A DNA stretch of 64,000 bases from an uncultured delta proteobacterium (GTDB lineage: Bacteria > Myxococcota_A > Polyangia > Polyangiales > Polyangiaceae), in contig CAWJCS010000006.1 in assembly GCA_963841435.1 (NCBI GenBank), positions 1,664,001 to 1,728,000 on the forward strand, given 5' to 3'. Numbering within the stretch: the stretch's first letter is position 1; each line of letters opens with the position of its first letter. A program made the position numbers and the translations under genes. Shown in pieces: positions 20,701-34,967 of the stretch. The notes under the pieces were generated by a model. It searched no databases. It worked only from the letters and a program-made list of their open reading frames with translations, and was not told where the DNA came from.

Positions 20701-21984
20701 ATGGCAGATCTCGACAAGCTCGCAATCCTCGTCGGCGGCGGTCCCGCCCCCGGTATCAACAGCGTGATCGGCGCGGCGACGATCCGCGCTTGCCTCTCGG
20801 GTCTGAAGGTCGTCGGCATCCAGGACGGCTTCCAGTGGATCATGCGGGGCGACACGGAGCACGCCCGGCCGCTCGACATCGACGACGTGTCGCGAATCCA
20901 TTTCCGCGGCGGCTCGGTGCTCGGTACGGCGCGGGCGAACCCGACCAAGGACGCGAAGCACCTCGCGGGGGCGCTCGAATCGCTGAAGAAGCTCGGCGTG
21001 GGCAAGCTCGTCACGATCGGCGGCGACGACACGGCGTTCTCCGCGCTCAAGCTCGCAGAGGCGTCGCAGGGCTCGCTCAGGGTCGTCCACGTCCCGAAGA
21101 CGATCGACAACGACCTCGACCTACCCGACAGCATCCCGACGTTCGGGTACCAGACCGCGCGCCATGTCGGCACGGGCATCGTCCGGGATCTGCTCACGGA
21201 CGCTCAAACCACGTCGCGCTGGTACTTCGTGGTCGCGATGGGCCGCAAGGCCGGGCACCTCGCGCTCGGCATCGGGAAGGCCGCGAGCGCGACGCTCACG
21301 GTGATTCCCGAGGAATTCGGCCGCAAGATCGTGCCGCTCGACGAGATGGCCGACATTCTCGTCGGGGCCATCATCAAGCGCCTCACCCACGGCCGTCCGG
21401 ACGGCGTCGCCGTCCTCGCCGAAGGGCTCGTCGAGCACCTCTCGGAGGACGAGCTCAAGACGGTCGCCGGCGACGTCGAGCTCGACGAGCACGGCCACAT
21501 CCGAATGGCGGAGGTCGAGTTCGGACCCATCATCAAGAATCGCGTGCAAGCAAAGCTCAAGGCGCTCGGCGTGAACACCACCGTCGTCTCGAAGAACATC
21601 GGTTACGAGCTCCGCTGCACCGATCCGATCCCCTTCGACATGGAGTACACGCGTGACCTCGGTTACTGCGCCGCGAAGTACCTGATCGAGGGAGGCTCGG
21701 GCGCCATGGTCAGCATGCAGCAGGGCAAGTTCAAGCCCATCAAGTTCGGCGACATGCTCGACCCCGCAACGGGCCGCACGCGCGTTCGCATGGTCAACAC
21801 CGACACGGAGTCCTACAAGATCGCGAGGCGCTACATGATTCGTCTGCGCCGCGACGACTTCGACGAGCCAGCCGAGCTCGCCCAACTTTCCAAGACGGCC
21901 AAGCTCGAGCCCGCGGCGTTCCGCAAGCGCTTCGAGTACCTCGTGAAGAACGAGGCGCCGCCGCTCACGTTCAACTACCCGTAG
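20701..21984 (+). CDS. pfp: Phosphofructokinase, probably PPi-dependent
   Basis: GGGPAPGIN, GGDDT (Asp at the phosphoryl-donor specificity position), PKTIDND, MGR and GYELR. Confidence 0.85.
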   Translation: MADLDKLAILVGGGPAPGINSVIGAATIRACLSGLKVVGIQDGFQWIMRGDTEHARPLDIDDVSRIHFRGGSVLGTARANPTKDAKHLAGALESLKKLGVGKLVTIGGDDTAFSALKLAEASQGSLRVVHVPKTIDNDLDLPDSIPTFGYQTARHVGTGIVRDLLTDAQTTSRWYFVVAMGRKAGHLALGIGKAASATLTVIPEEFGRKIVPLDEMADILVGAIIKRLTHGRPDGVAVLAEGLVEHLSEDELKTVAGDVELDEHGHIRMAEVEFGPIIKNRVQAKLKALGVNTTVVSKNIGYELRCTDPIPFDMEYTRDLGYCAAKYLIEGGSGAMVSMQQGKFKPIKFGDMLDPATGRTRVRMVNTDTESYKIARRYMIRLRRDDFDEPAELAQLSKTAKLEPAAFRKRFEYLVKNEAPPLTFNYP

Positions 21985-22058
21985 CATCTTGCGCCGCGGC
22001 ACGGCCCGGCCCGGCGCGGGTCGTCGGCGGCCCATCTGTCACCTCGGAGGGACCCGCC

Positions 22059-22577
22059 ATGACCCACCCCATCATCAATCTCGCCGACGTCGAGCTCCTG
22101 CCGCGACCGGCCGCCATGGCGGCCGAGGGGCCAGCCGCCGAGCGCTTCGACGCACGCATGGGGCTCATCGCCCCGCGCATCGGCGCGCAGAAGCTCGGCT
22201 ACAACCTGACGGCCGTACCGCCCGGCAAGCGCGCGTTCCCGCTTCACAACCATCACATCAACGAGGAGATGTTCTTCGTGCTCGATGGCGAGGGCGAGGT
22301 GCGCATCGGCGACGAGACCCACCCCATCCGCGCCGGCGACTTCATCGCCTGCCCACCAGGCGGCAAGGACCGGGCACATCAGATCGCCAACACGGGGAGC
22401 ACGGAGCTTCGCTACCTCGCCGTGAGCACCAAGCTCGTGCCAGAGGTCGTCGAGTACCCGACCACGGGGAAGTTCGGGCTGCTCGCCGAGCTCGCGACGA
22501 GCACCGGTGAAAAGCCGCGGACCTTGCGCTTCGTCGGACGCGAGGACCAGAGCCTGCCCTACTGGGAAGGCGAGTGA
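22059..22577 (+). CDS. Cupin-domain protein
   Basis: HNHHINEEMFFVLDGEG and AHQIANTG cupin motifs, with a GGAGG RBS. Confidence 0.85.
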   Translation: MTHPIINLADVELLPRPAAMAAEGPAAERFDARMGLIAPRIGAQKLGYNLTAVPPGKRAFPLHNHHINEEMFFVLDGEGEVRIGDETHPIRAGDFIACPPGGKDRAHQIANTGSTELRYLAVSTKLVPEVVEYPTTGKFGLLAELATSTGEKPRTLRFVGREDQSLPYWEGE

Positions 22578-22622
22578 CGCGCCGTCCCGATGCCCCCCTT
22601 CCGCCTCCCCCTCCCCATTCCT

Positions 22623-22667
22623 GAGCGGGACACGGGACTCGAACCCGTGACCCCGAGCTTGGGAAGC
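22623..22667. repeat. att direct repeat (45 bp, 3' part of tRNA-Gly)
   Basis: Identical to 34418-34462. Confidence 0.95.
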
Positions 22668-22942
22668 GAAGCGCGTGAGCCGATCCGGCAGGATTCCTGC
22701 GGGTCCGAGCGGCACCACCTCACGGGGGACGATGCGAAACCGCGCGATCCGTTCGGCCCGTGCAGAAACGCCATGCTGAAACTGGGAGCCCGGGGGAAGG
22801 CCGCGGACGCTGCTCTAACCATCTACCTCCGGACGCTAGCAGATGACCTTGCCGAGGGCTGGCTCTCGCCCGGCGGAGACGCGTGATTGGGGTCGCGGTA
22901 GCGTCGAGTCCTGCCGGTCGGCGCCGACCGGCAGTGGCGGTC

Positions 22943-23743
22943 ATGGCGAAGATCGAGGATCGAGATTGGGAGAAGCTCGGGCGCGCGCTCGAGGTCAGGG
23001 CACGGCGCGACGCTCGGACGCTCGACCACGAGAACCTGGCGTTCGAAGCTTTGCGAAAGACGCTCGAACGCAAGCCGGCCACCTTCGAGGCGGCGCGCGC
23101 CCTGGCGTTCAAGATCCTGGCCGACGAGGTCGCGGACGCGCACCGCCGAGCCGCCGTCGCGGCGCGGGGTCGCGAACGCCTCGGGCGAGGCGGCAAGCTT
23201 CCCGGCGGACGCAAAAGGGCGGTCCGGCATGCGACCCTCGCGGAACTGCGACCCGCCCTGCTCGCCGAGCTGGGGGCGGAATTCCTCGCGGCGTGGGGCC
23301 GCAAGCCGGCGGACGCTCTGCCGGGGCCGCTTGCGGAGGTGGCGGCGTTCCCGCCGCGCGACCGCCGCTCGCGGCTCGTGCAGCTCCTCGATCACGCGCT
23401 CGGCGACGTGGCGCCCTGGGCGGTACACCCGACGCCCGGGAGGCAGTACGGGGCCAGGCGGCGGGGCAAGGGCCGGGGCCTGCCCAAACCGGCGCCGCCA
23501 CGACCGAACGCGATCGGGCGGCTCCGTGCGCGGCTCGGGCGGGAGTTGACGTATCACGACCTGATGGGGATCCAGGAAACCCCCGAGTACCAAGCGTCTC
23601 TCGCCGAGTGGAACAGGACTTCCCGCCCCGGCGCCGACGAGTACCTCACCGATTGCGAGCTGGCGATCGTGTCGCTCCTGGTCGGCAACTGGCCGCGCGG
23701 GGTGAAGCTGCCCGCCAAGGTTGGGGACGTTCCTCACGCTTGA
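22943..23743 (+). CDS. Hypothetical protein of the element
   Basis: Open 266-aa frame starting MAKIEDRDW with plausible codon usage. No recognised motif. Confidence 0.5.
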   Translation: MAKIEDRDWEKLGRALEVRARRDARTLDHENLAFEALRKTLERKPATFEAARALAFKILADEVADAHRRAAVAARGRERLGRGGKLPGGRKRAVRHATLAELRPALLAELGAEFLAAWGRKPADALPGPLAEVAAFPPRDRRSRLVQLLDHALGDVAPWAVHPTPGRQYGARRRGKGRGLPKPAPPRPNAIGRLRARLGRELTYHDLMGIQETPEYQASLAEWNRTSRPGADEYLTDCELAIVSLLVGNWPRGVKLPAKVGDVPHA

Positions 23744-23950
23744 GGTCGAGGTGATCCAAAAAGCGCGCGCACGTTGGGGCGTGCTGAGGACCGCCGACGA
23801 GAAGCGCACGGCCCGGGTGGGGCCGTCCCCTCGCCGTCGTCCGCGCTGACCTGTCCCGAAAAAACTCGGACGGCTTAGGAGGTGTGGCGCCCCCAGTCAG
23901 CACACCAGCCGCGGCGCGGCATGTAAGACCCGTGCCCCGAGAGGAGAAAC

Positions 23951-24356
23951 ATGATCAGCCCCCACGACGAGGTGAGGATCGCAGCTCACGCGATCGTTTG
24001 TCAGAGAACGGTGCGCCGGGTCTACGCCGGGCGCGGCAACGAGTACTCGCGCCGCCGGGTAGCGGAGGCGGCCAGCAGCTCGGCTTGCCGCCTCCCTCGG
24101 ACCCCTCGACGCCGTCGTTGACGACCTCGTCGAACGGGTCGCCGAGCGTCTCGCCGAACGTCTGATCGAACAGGGGGTCGGGCGACCCCAGCCGTCGCCC
24201 GGGCTGCTCGACCGTCGCGGGCTGGCGGAGGTGCTGGGTGTGTGCGTCGACGTGGTCGATCGGCTCCGGGGAGAGGGCATGCCCGAGCTTCGCGTCGGGG
24301 ACGTTCCGCGGTTCGAACGCGAAGCGGTGCTCGAATGGCTGAGGGGACGATCATGA
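23951..24356 (+). CDS. Small HTH / excisionase-like protein(s), frameshifted
   Basis: GAGGAG RBS then MISPHDEVRIAAHA. The second frame reads LLDRRGLAEVLGVCVDVVDRLRGEGMPELRVGDVPRFEREAVLEWL (Xis/AlpA-like). Confidence 0.6.
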
Positions 24357-25469
24357 AGCCGCCCGAGAGGAAAGCCACCGCGCGCAAGTTCCGCGCCCGC
24401 GGGCAGCCGACAGCTTGGTGGCATTGCTCCGGGCCCAGGTCGAGAACTTCAGCGCGGAGCGGGATTGGGTCGTAGAGGGGATGATCGAGGGAAACCCGAT
24501 TGTGCTCGTCATCGGCCCAGAAAAGGCGGGAAAGTCGTGGCTCCTGCAAGACCTCGCCGTCTCGATGATTTGTGGCGATGCTTTTCTCGGACGTTTTTCG
24601 GTGCGCTCGCCTGGTCCGGTCCTGTATCTCGACGGCGAGTACGGCCACCACGAATTCTCCAGGCGTCTGATCCGGCTGGCGCGCGGGCACGGTCGCGACG
24701 CTCTCGAGTTGGTGGACGACGTTGACTACATCTACGCGCGCGGGTGGACGATCAAGTACGCCCCGCCAGAGCCAGGAAGGAAGCGCCCCCGCGAGGACGA
24801 GACCACCGTCCGACTCGTCCACGAGCTGCGAGCCATGGTTAAAGCCGACGACGGCCCCTCCCTGATCATCGTCAACCGCTCCGCAACTTCCTTGGCGGGA
24901 GCGAAAACGACACCGACGCCGTGCTCGCGTTCTTTCTCGGCCTCGAAATTCTGCGAACCGCCGCGCGCTGCCCGATCGTTGTTGCTCATCACCTGAACAA
25001 GGCCGGCGGCTACTCGGGGTCGCGCGCGCTGCTCGGACGAGCTGACCTGATCATTGAGGGTACGGACGAGCGCCCTCCTTGGTACTCGACGATTGGCCGG
25101 ACGATCCGGCGCGGAGACGCCATCGCGGAGCGGTTCACGGTCGATATCGAGCACTTGGACGACGACGACGACGCCGTGGCCAAGACCCTCGTCCGTGCGC
25201 GGTTCGCGAGCGAGAACCGGTCGAAGTTGGAGATCGGTAAGACGGCGTTGCGCGTGCTCGACCTCATCAAGGAGCGCGGGCCGGTGACGACGAGGGAGTT
25301 GCGCGGCCTCGCGAAGATAGGCGGTGCAAAGGTGAAGGAATGCTTGGACGACCTAAAGCGTGTAGGAGCCGTTCGGCACGACGGCGCGGGATGGAAACCC
25401 TCGCTGCAAGAGACCCTCGAAATCGAGGACGATGCCCGGGACACTCCACCCCGGGACAGAACTGCGTGA
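24353..25469 (+). CDS. AAA-family RepA-like helicase with C-terminal wHTH (frameshifts near 24410 and 24880)
   Basis: Walker A GPEKAGKS, VLYLDGE, LIIV and VVAHHLNK...GSRAL. Confidence 0.75.
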
Positions 25470-25622
25470 GTGTCCCGTGTCCGACGAGTGTCCCGCGTTT
25501 TACGTTGCAGCTTCTTTCCCGCTACTTCAGCCCGGGACACTCAGCCGGGACACAGGGCGTGGGACACATGGGACACCACCCTTAAGGGTGTGTCCCGATG
25601 TCCCGTCCCGCCTGGATGTCCC
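25438..25622. repeat. GGGACA/TGTCCC iteron cluster, putative replication origin
   Basis: 11 exact hexamer copies in both orientations, plus the palindrome CACCCTTAAGGGTG (25577-25590), at the 3' end of the rep gene. Confidence 0.7.
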
Positions 25623-25679
25623 ACGCGGCATGATTGAAGTGGACGAAACGACACCACGCACAACCACCACACCCGCGCC

Positions 25680-25889
25680 GTGATCTACCTCCACCGCGTA
25701 ACAACCCTCCGCGCTCGCGCCCTCGGCCTTCGCCTGGTCAAGGGCGGTCGCCTCGGTGAAGCGAGCACCCCGCGCCTCGAGGTACGGTCGCGCTCGACTG
25801 TCGGCACCGTCGTTCACGTCGCTCGCCGTCGTCTGCGTTCGATGCTCGAGGACTCCGAACGGCCACCCGCATCCCCCCGCCGGAGGTAA
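25680..25889 (+). CDS. Small basic hypothetical protein
   Basis: 69-aa ORF following the origin. Confidence 0.3.
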   Translation: MIYLHRVTTLRARALGLRLVKGGRLGEASTPRLEVRSRSTVGTVVHVARRRLRSMLEDSERPPASPRRR

Positions 25890-27289
25890 CGCCCTGGATT
25901 TTCCGAGGCAGGGCAACCTCGAATTGACGCCGCCCACAAGACACGGGTAGCGGCTATCCAATGAGGTGGTACGTCAGCAGAGCGGGCGCAACTCAGGGCC
26001 CTTTCGAAGAGGACCAGGTCCGCGAGATGGCCAAGGGGAACCAGCTCGACAAGGCCCAGGTGCGCGACGAGGAAGGTGGAGCGTGGATCGCCGCCGAGAA
26101 GTCTCCTTCGGCGCGCTCATGAAGCAGCGCGGCATGCTCGCACCAGTCGTGTGCGGGCTCGTCGTGGCGATCGCCGGGACGGTGATCATCAACCCGCTCG
26201 CTGGTGTACTTGCAGGGGTCGTGACCTTCGGGTTGCTCGCGCTCGTTCGGCGGCTCTGACGGCGCGGGTGTCCCCGGTGCAGACCCGGAACTGACGCAGT
26301 TCCGATCCGCCGGGTGTCCCGAAAAAACTCGCGCGGTTCTAGAGTGTGCACCAGCAGTCACCACACGTCGTCCTCCTCGGCCCGCTCGCCCGCGCCGGCA
26401 GACGCGAGGGCACCGGCTCGCCGAGCCCGAGCCTTCGAATCGCCGATCAGGTGTTTTGGCTCTTGAACAAGGCTGGCGGGCCCGGGTTTCTGCACGGCCG
26501 TTTCTGCACGGGGCTTGGCGCGAGCAATTCCAGTTAGTTACTGTGCGCTGGTAGGCGCCGACGGCGGGCGGCGGGGGCGCGTGTGATGATCGGGCAGCGC
26601 ACGGAAGACTCGTCGCCTCGGGCGATCGCGTCGTCGAGACGCTGCCGGCAGACAAGCGGCCGGCGGGCGCGCGGAGACCGAGCACGAGCGCGGAGCCTGC
26701 TCGCGAACAGCGCGGGCGATGGCTTGCCGGAGACAAGCGCAAGATCGAGCAAGACCGCGCCGGCGGACGTTTCGCCGGGACCGCACGGCGCTCGCTCACA
26801 CTCGCGTCACCTCCAACGATAAGAAGTGGAGGGAATATACGGCAGGCCGAGGCGTTCGCGGCGCCAGGTTCGGCGCTCGCCGGATTCCGAGGCGGAGGGC
26901 AGTGCGGGCCGGCCGGCCGCGCTCGTAAGTGGCGGCGCTCGCGCTCGCGGCTCGCGCTGGCCAGCGCGCGCGGCGCGAGCTAGGCGCTCGGCTCGCCGCG
27001 CAGGTCGGGCACCACTCACCGGGGCGCACGATTGCGCGCGGGAGGAGGCGACCGCCCGACCCCCACAAGAGGCCATGCGGGCGGTCAGGTCCAATTAAAC
27101 GGAAGCTGCTCGAGCGCAGGCGGAGCAGCGCGCCATGGGGACGCGCGGAGGGCTCACTGACGCCTTCGCGGACCCGATTGAGTGGAAGTCATCACTCCGT
27201 GCGCGTCTCGCCGCGTGGCGAGCCACGGTCAAGGCCTGTACGACTGCGCTCGGCGACGCGAGCGCGCGTTTTCCAGCAGTCTGCTGGAG

Positions 27290-28530
27290 TTAAAGAGCTT
27301 ATTAGTTTTGCGTTGGTGGTGTGCGGGGAAAGAGAGAGAGTATTGTTCGCAATTTCGAAGCGTGCACGTAGGGCACTAAGCGAGAGAGAGAGGGGCAGGC
27401 GAGCTCATGTGATTGCGTGCGAGAGAAGTGCAAGAGATTAAAGCACGTAGGAATCAAAGCGCTAGAGGAAGAAAAAAAACTAGAAAACGGCGAACCGACG
27501 AGAGACGGGTGCGCTTGCACGGGTGAGAAGAGTTATGACGTGTATGCTCAACGAATGGGATTGACTATAGTGCTCGCGTGCTAGACGAGATTGTTGAGTT
27601 TAGGGGGACGACTCGATGACAGACAGAGAGATTCTCTCGAAGGCAGTGATCGCCCGCACGAGTGAGATCGTGTGGCAATCGCATCACGAGAGTGTATATT
27701 AGTGATGAGATGTTTTGAAAAGGATGGGATTACTTTAGTGCGTTGAGCGTATGTGCGTTAGTATGTGTGTTGATGGAGTGTTTTAATTTTTTGATTGATT
27801 ACGCCTGATAGAAAAAGAGAAAAGACGAGTGGGTTGTGAGTTTTGCAAGAGAGTAAAGGCAGAGTGGTAGACGCGATTGACTGAGGTCTGCGAAGGTTTT
27901 GGATGCGTGTAGAGTGTGTGTTTTAGTGTGACTTGAGCTTGATAGAATAAGTATTTTTTATTGATTGCGTTTTGGAGATTCTTGCGATTGCATGTGCACG
28001 CAGAGAAGTATGCGTTCGTTTTCGATTGGTGTTTGATGTTTGTTGTTTAGAGTTACGAAAGTGTTCGCTTTTTGAGGATTGTTGCGTGTGTTAGGGGATT
28101 TGTGTGATTATGATGGTGTTTGTGTTTACGTATTAGGTGTGAGGTGTGTTGTGAGTTGTGTGTTGTTAGGGATTACGTTAGTTGATGTTTTTGGATGGGT
28201 GGAATAAGTTTTGTTATGCTGTGAGTGAGCTTGTTGATGGTGTGTTGTCTCTCGAAAACCACCACCTCAGGCATCTCGCTAATATGAGTGTTGAGTTTTC
28301 TGATTAGGGTATGAATGGATTGAGGTGTTGTGGGTATGACGATTTGAGTGAGTGTAAAAAAAATTTTTCGAAGCGGGCGTGCTTGAGGTGAGAGGCGTGG
28401 AGGATTTGAGTGTACAGCGTTAGTGAAGTGCGTTCGCTTCGCTCGCCCACGATTTTCGGGTGACGCGAGTTATGATTGTGCGTGTTTGAGGATTTTAGAT
28501 GAGGCGTTGACATCGAGGATTGGACGATGG
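27290..28530 (+). other. Partially C-to-T converted / low-quality tract
   Basis: C is strongly depleted while G is retained on the + strand. Confidence 0.7.
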
Positions 28531-30359
28531 TTTCGAGTCGCTCGGGATCTCACGGCGCGACATCATTTTTTATTCTTAGACGATATGAGAGTATCGCTGA
28601 ACCACCCCCAGGAGTTCCCCAAGATGTTTGCATTGCACGCCCCCGACGACGAGCGATCGCAGCTCTATCGAGAGTTCCTCGATCCCGAGACGTTCGCGCT
28701 CTATCAACAAGTCCAACGGAAGCCAGCACTACGCGCGGGCGCGGCGGTCTCAACATGACGATCGAGACGCGCTCGCAGAATTCGCAAAACCGCGCCCGCG
28801 CCGCGCAAGACGAACCGAGCGCCGCCCCGGCGTCGCTGCTTAACTCGGGCAACCTCGCGGCGCTCGCCGAAACGCCGACGAAGTTCGAGCACGAGCGAGC
28901 GCTCGCCGCGCGACGAGCAAGAGCGTGACGAGATCAGAGCCGCGCGCGCCGAAGCGGACGACCCGATTGAACGCGCGGGCCACCCCCCGCGACCGAAAGG
29001 ACCACCGCACACGTGACCCCCGACAAATCCAAATCTCCACCGCACCCGCCAACGAGCACGAGCGCGCGATGATGAAGGCGACGGGCAAGACGCTCGCCGA
29101 GCTGCGCGAGGCGCGCGCGGAATGGGACGCCGCCGAAACCATGACGCCGCAGGCACGCTCGGGTGTTCATCCAGGAGTGTGCCGATGAGCGAGCCCGCGC
29201 CGCGCCCCGCCGCAGCTCGCACCGGCCGCGCGCGCGTTCGAGTCCGCGTCAGACATCATACCACACATGGCGCGAAACCCGACGCCGCGCCGGCCTCTAC
29301 TTAAGCAGGGAGCCGACCGAGCACGACGTTCGCTCGACGCAGCTCGCGCAGCTGCGCGCCGACGAGCATGCTCACCGTAACGGTGCTCGACCAGGCCGCG
29401 CCCGAGCCGCTCACCCCCGACGACCGGCGCGCACTCGAGACGCTTCGATCGTGTCTCTTTGCGAGAACGAGCGCTCGAAGTAGTAAGAACGGCGCCTGGT
29501 GCTCGAAGCACGAGCTAGAGCAGCTCGATCGACTGGTCGCCGCGCTCTCAAAGCGACACCGTTCCGCGCACACGCGCGCCGGCGAAATACGAGCGGCGCG
29601 GGGCGAGCCGCCGAGCCGCCCGCGCCCGAGCGTTTCCTTCGTGCCCTCGAACGCGTCGAGCGAGCGCGTCGAGCCGGTGGCGCCGAATCGCACGAGCTCG
29701 CAGCCGCGACGAACGTGCTCAGCGACACAATCCCCCAAGACATGGCACGCCCGCCGACGCTTCTCGATGCTCGCTCGACGGCAGCTTGCAAGTCGAGCTC
29801 GCGCGCCGCGCTCGCGAGCACGAGAGAAGCGCGCCGAGCGCGAGCGGCAACGCGCCGAGGCCGCGCGCCTCGAGCGCGAGCAGGCCGAGCAAAAGCGATA
29901 CGAGCACGAGCTTCGGGAGGTCCTGCTCCTCGACGAGCAACGGGCAGCGCGACGCCGCACGCGCGCAACAGGAATCGAGCACGTAGCAGCACGAGCGCGG
30001 CGCGCATCGAAGCCGACGCCGCGCGGCGCCTCGCAGAGCGCGCAGGCGGTTCACCAAAGGTACGAGCGCGAGGTCGCGGGCCGAGCACCCAGAGGAGATG
30101 CCGCGGCAGTGACCTCGCGCTCGGCTAGTCAAAGACTTGGATTGTTGGGCGTTCCTCCCGAATATCGCGAGCGCGCCGCCCGACGGCGCTCGCGAGCGAG
30201 GTGTTGGGCCGTCGAGGGTCACATCACCTCGTCCCAAGGTCATCGGGCAAAATCTTGACCACGGCGGCGGTTGGGTCTGTCGCCGCGCGCGCGAAGTCGC
30301 GAGCGCGCGCGGAGGGTGAGTCTCGTCAAGGTTCCCTTCGTGCTGGTCGAGGCGCAAGC

Positions 30360-33970
<3,611 letters not shown>

Positions 33971-34418
33971 GTCGTCCCCCACTCTGTCCGAGCGTTCCTC
34001 AAGGTCTGGCACGAGAACCAGGGGCAGCTGGCAACCGGCCCCGTGTTCCCGGTCCGCCGCGGCGAGCGGGCCGGTAAGGCAAAGAAGCGCTCGAACATGA
34101 GCTACGCGGACCGGCTACGACGGGAGCTGCTCCGCGCCAGCGTCTCCCGCCACGAGCTGCACCACGAAACGGCGAGCACCCTGCCGGTGGATTTCGACAG
34201 CACTCGACGGGCGTACGCGACCGCGCTTGCCCGCGTCGGCGTCAACGAGCAGACGGCCATGGTGCTGACCGGCCACACGGACCCGAAGGTCCACATGCGC
34301 TACGTCGCGAGCCTCGTCGGGGAGCTACCGGCCGCCGCCCTCCCGAGTTTCAGCACCGACCATGCTGAAACCCTCCGTCGAACCGCCAACAAGAATCACG
34401 ATTTGGCGATTTTTTCGG

Positions 34419-34491
34419 AGCGGGACACGGGACTCGAACCCGTGACCCCGAGCTTGGGAAGCTCGTGCTCTACCAACTGAGCTAGTCCCGC
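34419..34491 (-). tRNA. tRNA-Gly (CCC)
   Basis: GCGGGACTAGCTCAGTTGGTAGAGCACGAGCTTCCCAAGCTCGGGGTCACGGGTTCGAGTCCCGTGTCCCGCT forms a cloverleaf. CCA is not encoded. Confidence 0.95.
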
Positions 34492-34619
34492 GAACAAACC
34501 GAGCTTACCTCTCCTCGCGTTGGAAGCCAAGGCTCCCCGGTTCTCGGGGGGATGGGGCCGCTTCGAGCCGCGCTTGACCGCGGGACGAGCCCTCCGCTAG
34601 ACACGGGCGAGCCCGAGCC

Positions 34620-34892
34620 ATGAAGACCTGCGTCATCGACTCCGTTTGCGAGTGTCAGGCCAAGCTCTTCACCGCCGTTGACGAGCAGCGGCACGTCGTG
34701 CGCGGTTGGGCGCGCTTGCGAGGCCGTGAACTCCCGGCGCCCGCGAACGCGCTCGGCGGCAAAGACGACACGTTCCACGTCGGCTTCAGCTGCCCGTTCT
34801 GCACGCGGAACACGTTGCGCTCGTTCCACTCGAGCGCGCTCTCGTTCAGCGAGCCGACGCCGAGCAAGGCGCCGCCGCCTTTGTCTCGTTGA
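34620..34892 (+). CDS. Small hypothetical protein, possible Zn-ribbon
   Basis: CEC and CPFC motifs in 90 aa. Confidence 0.55.
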   Translation: MKTCVIDSVCECQAKLFTAVDEQRHVVRGWARLRGRELPAPANALGGKDDTFHVGFSCPFCTRNTLRSFHSSALSFSEPTPSKAPPPLSR

Positions 34893-34967
34893 GGAGCGGG
34901 GCTCGGATGATCCGCGCGCTCGCGCGGCCGAGCCGCTCGCCCGCGCCCTGACACTGGCGAGCGAGCG

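Noticed and set aside
22623-22667. Second tRNA-Gly gene
   Set aside because: Only the 3' 45 nt are present, so it is the att duplication.
25438-25622. CRISPR array
   Set aside because: Repeats are 6-9 nt, in both orientations and irregularly spaced, and there are no cas genes.
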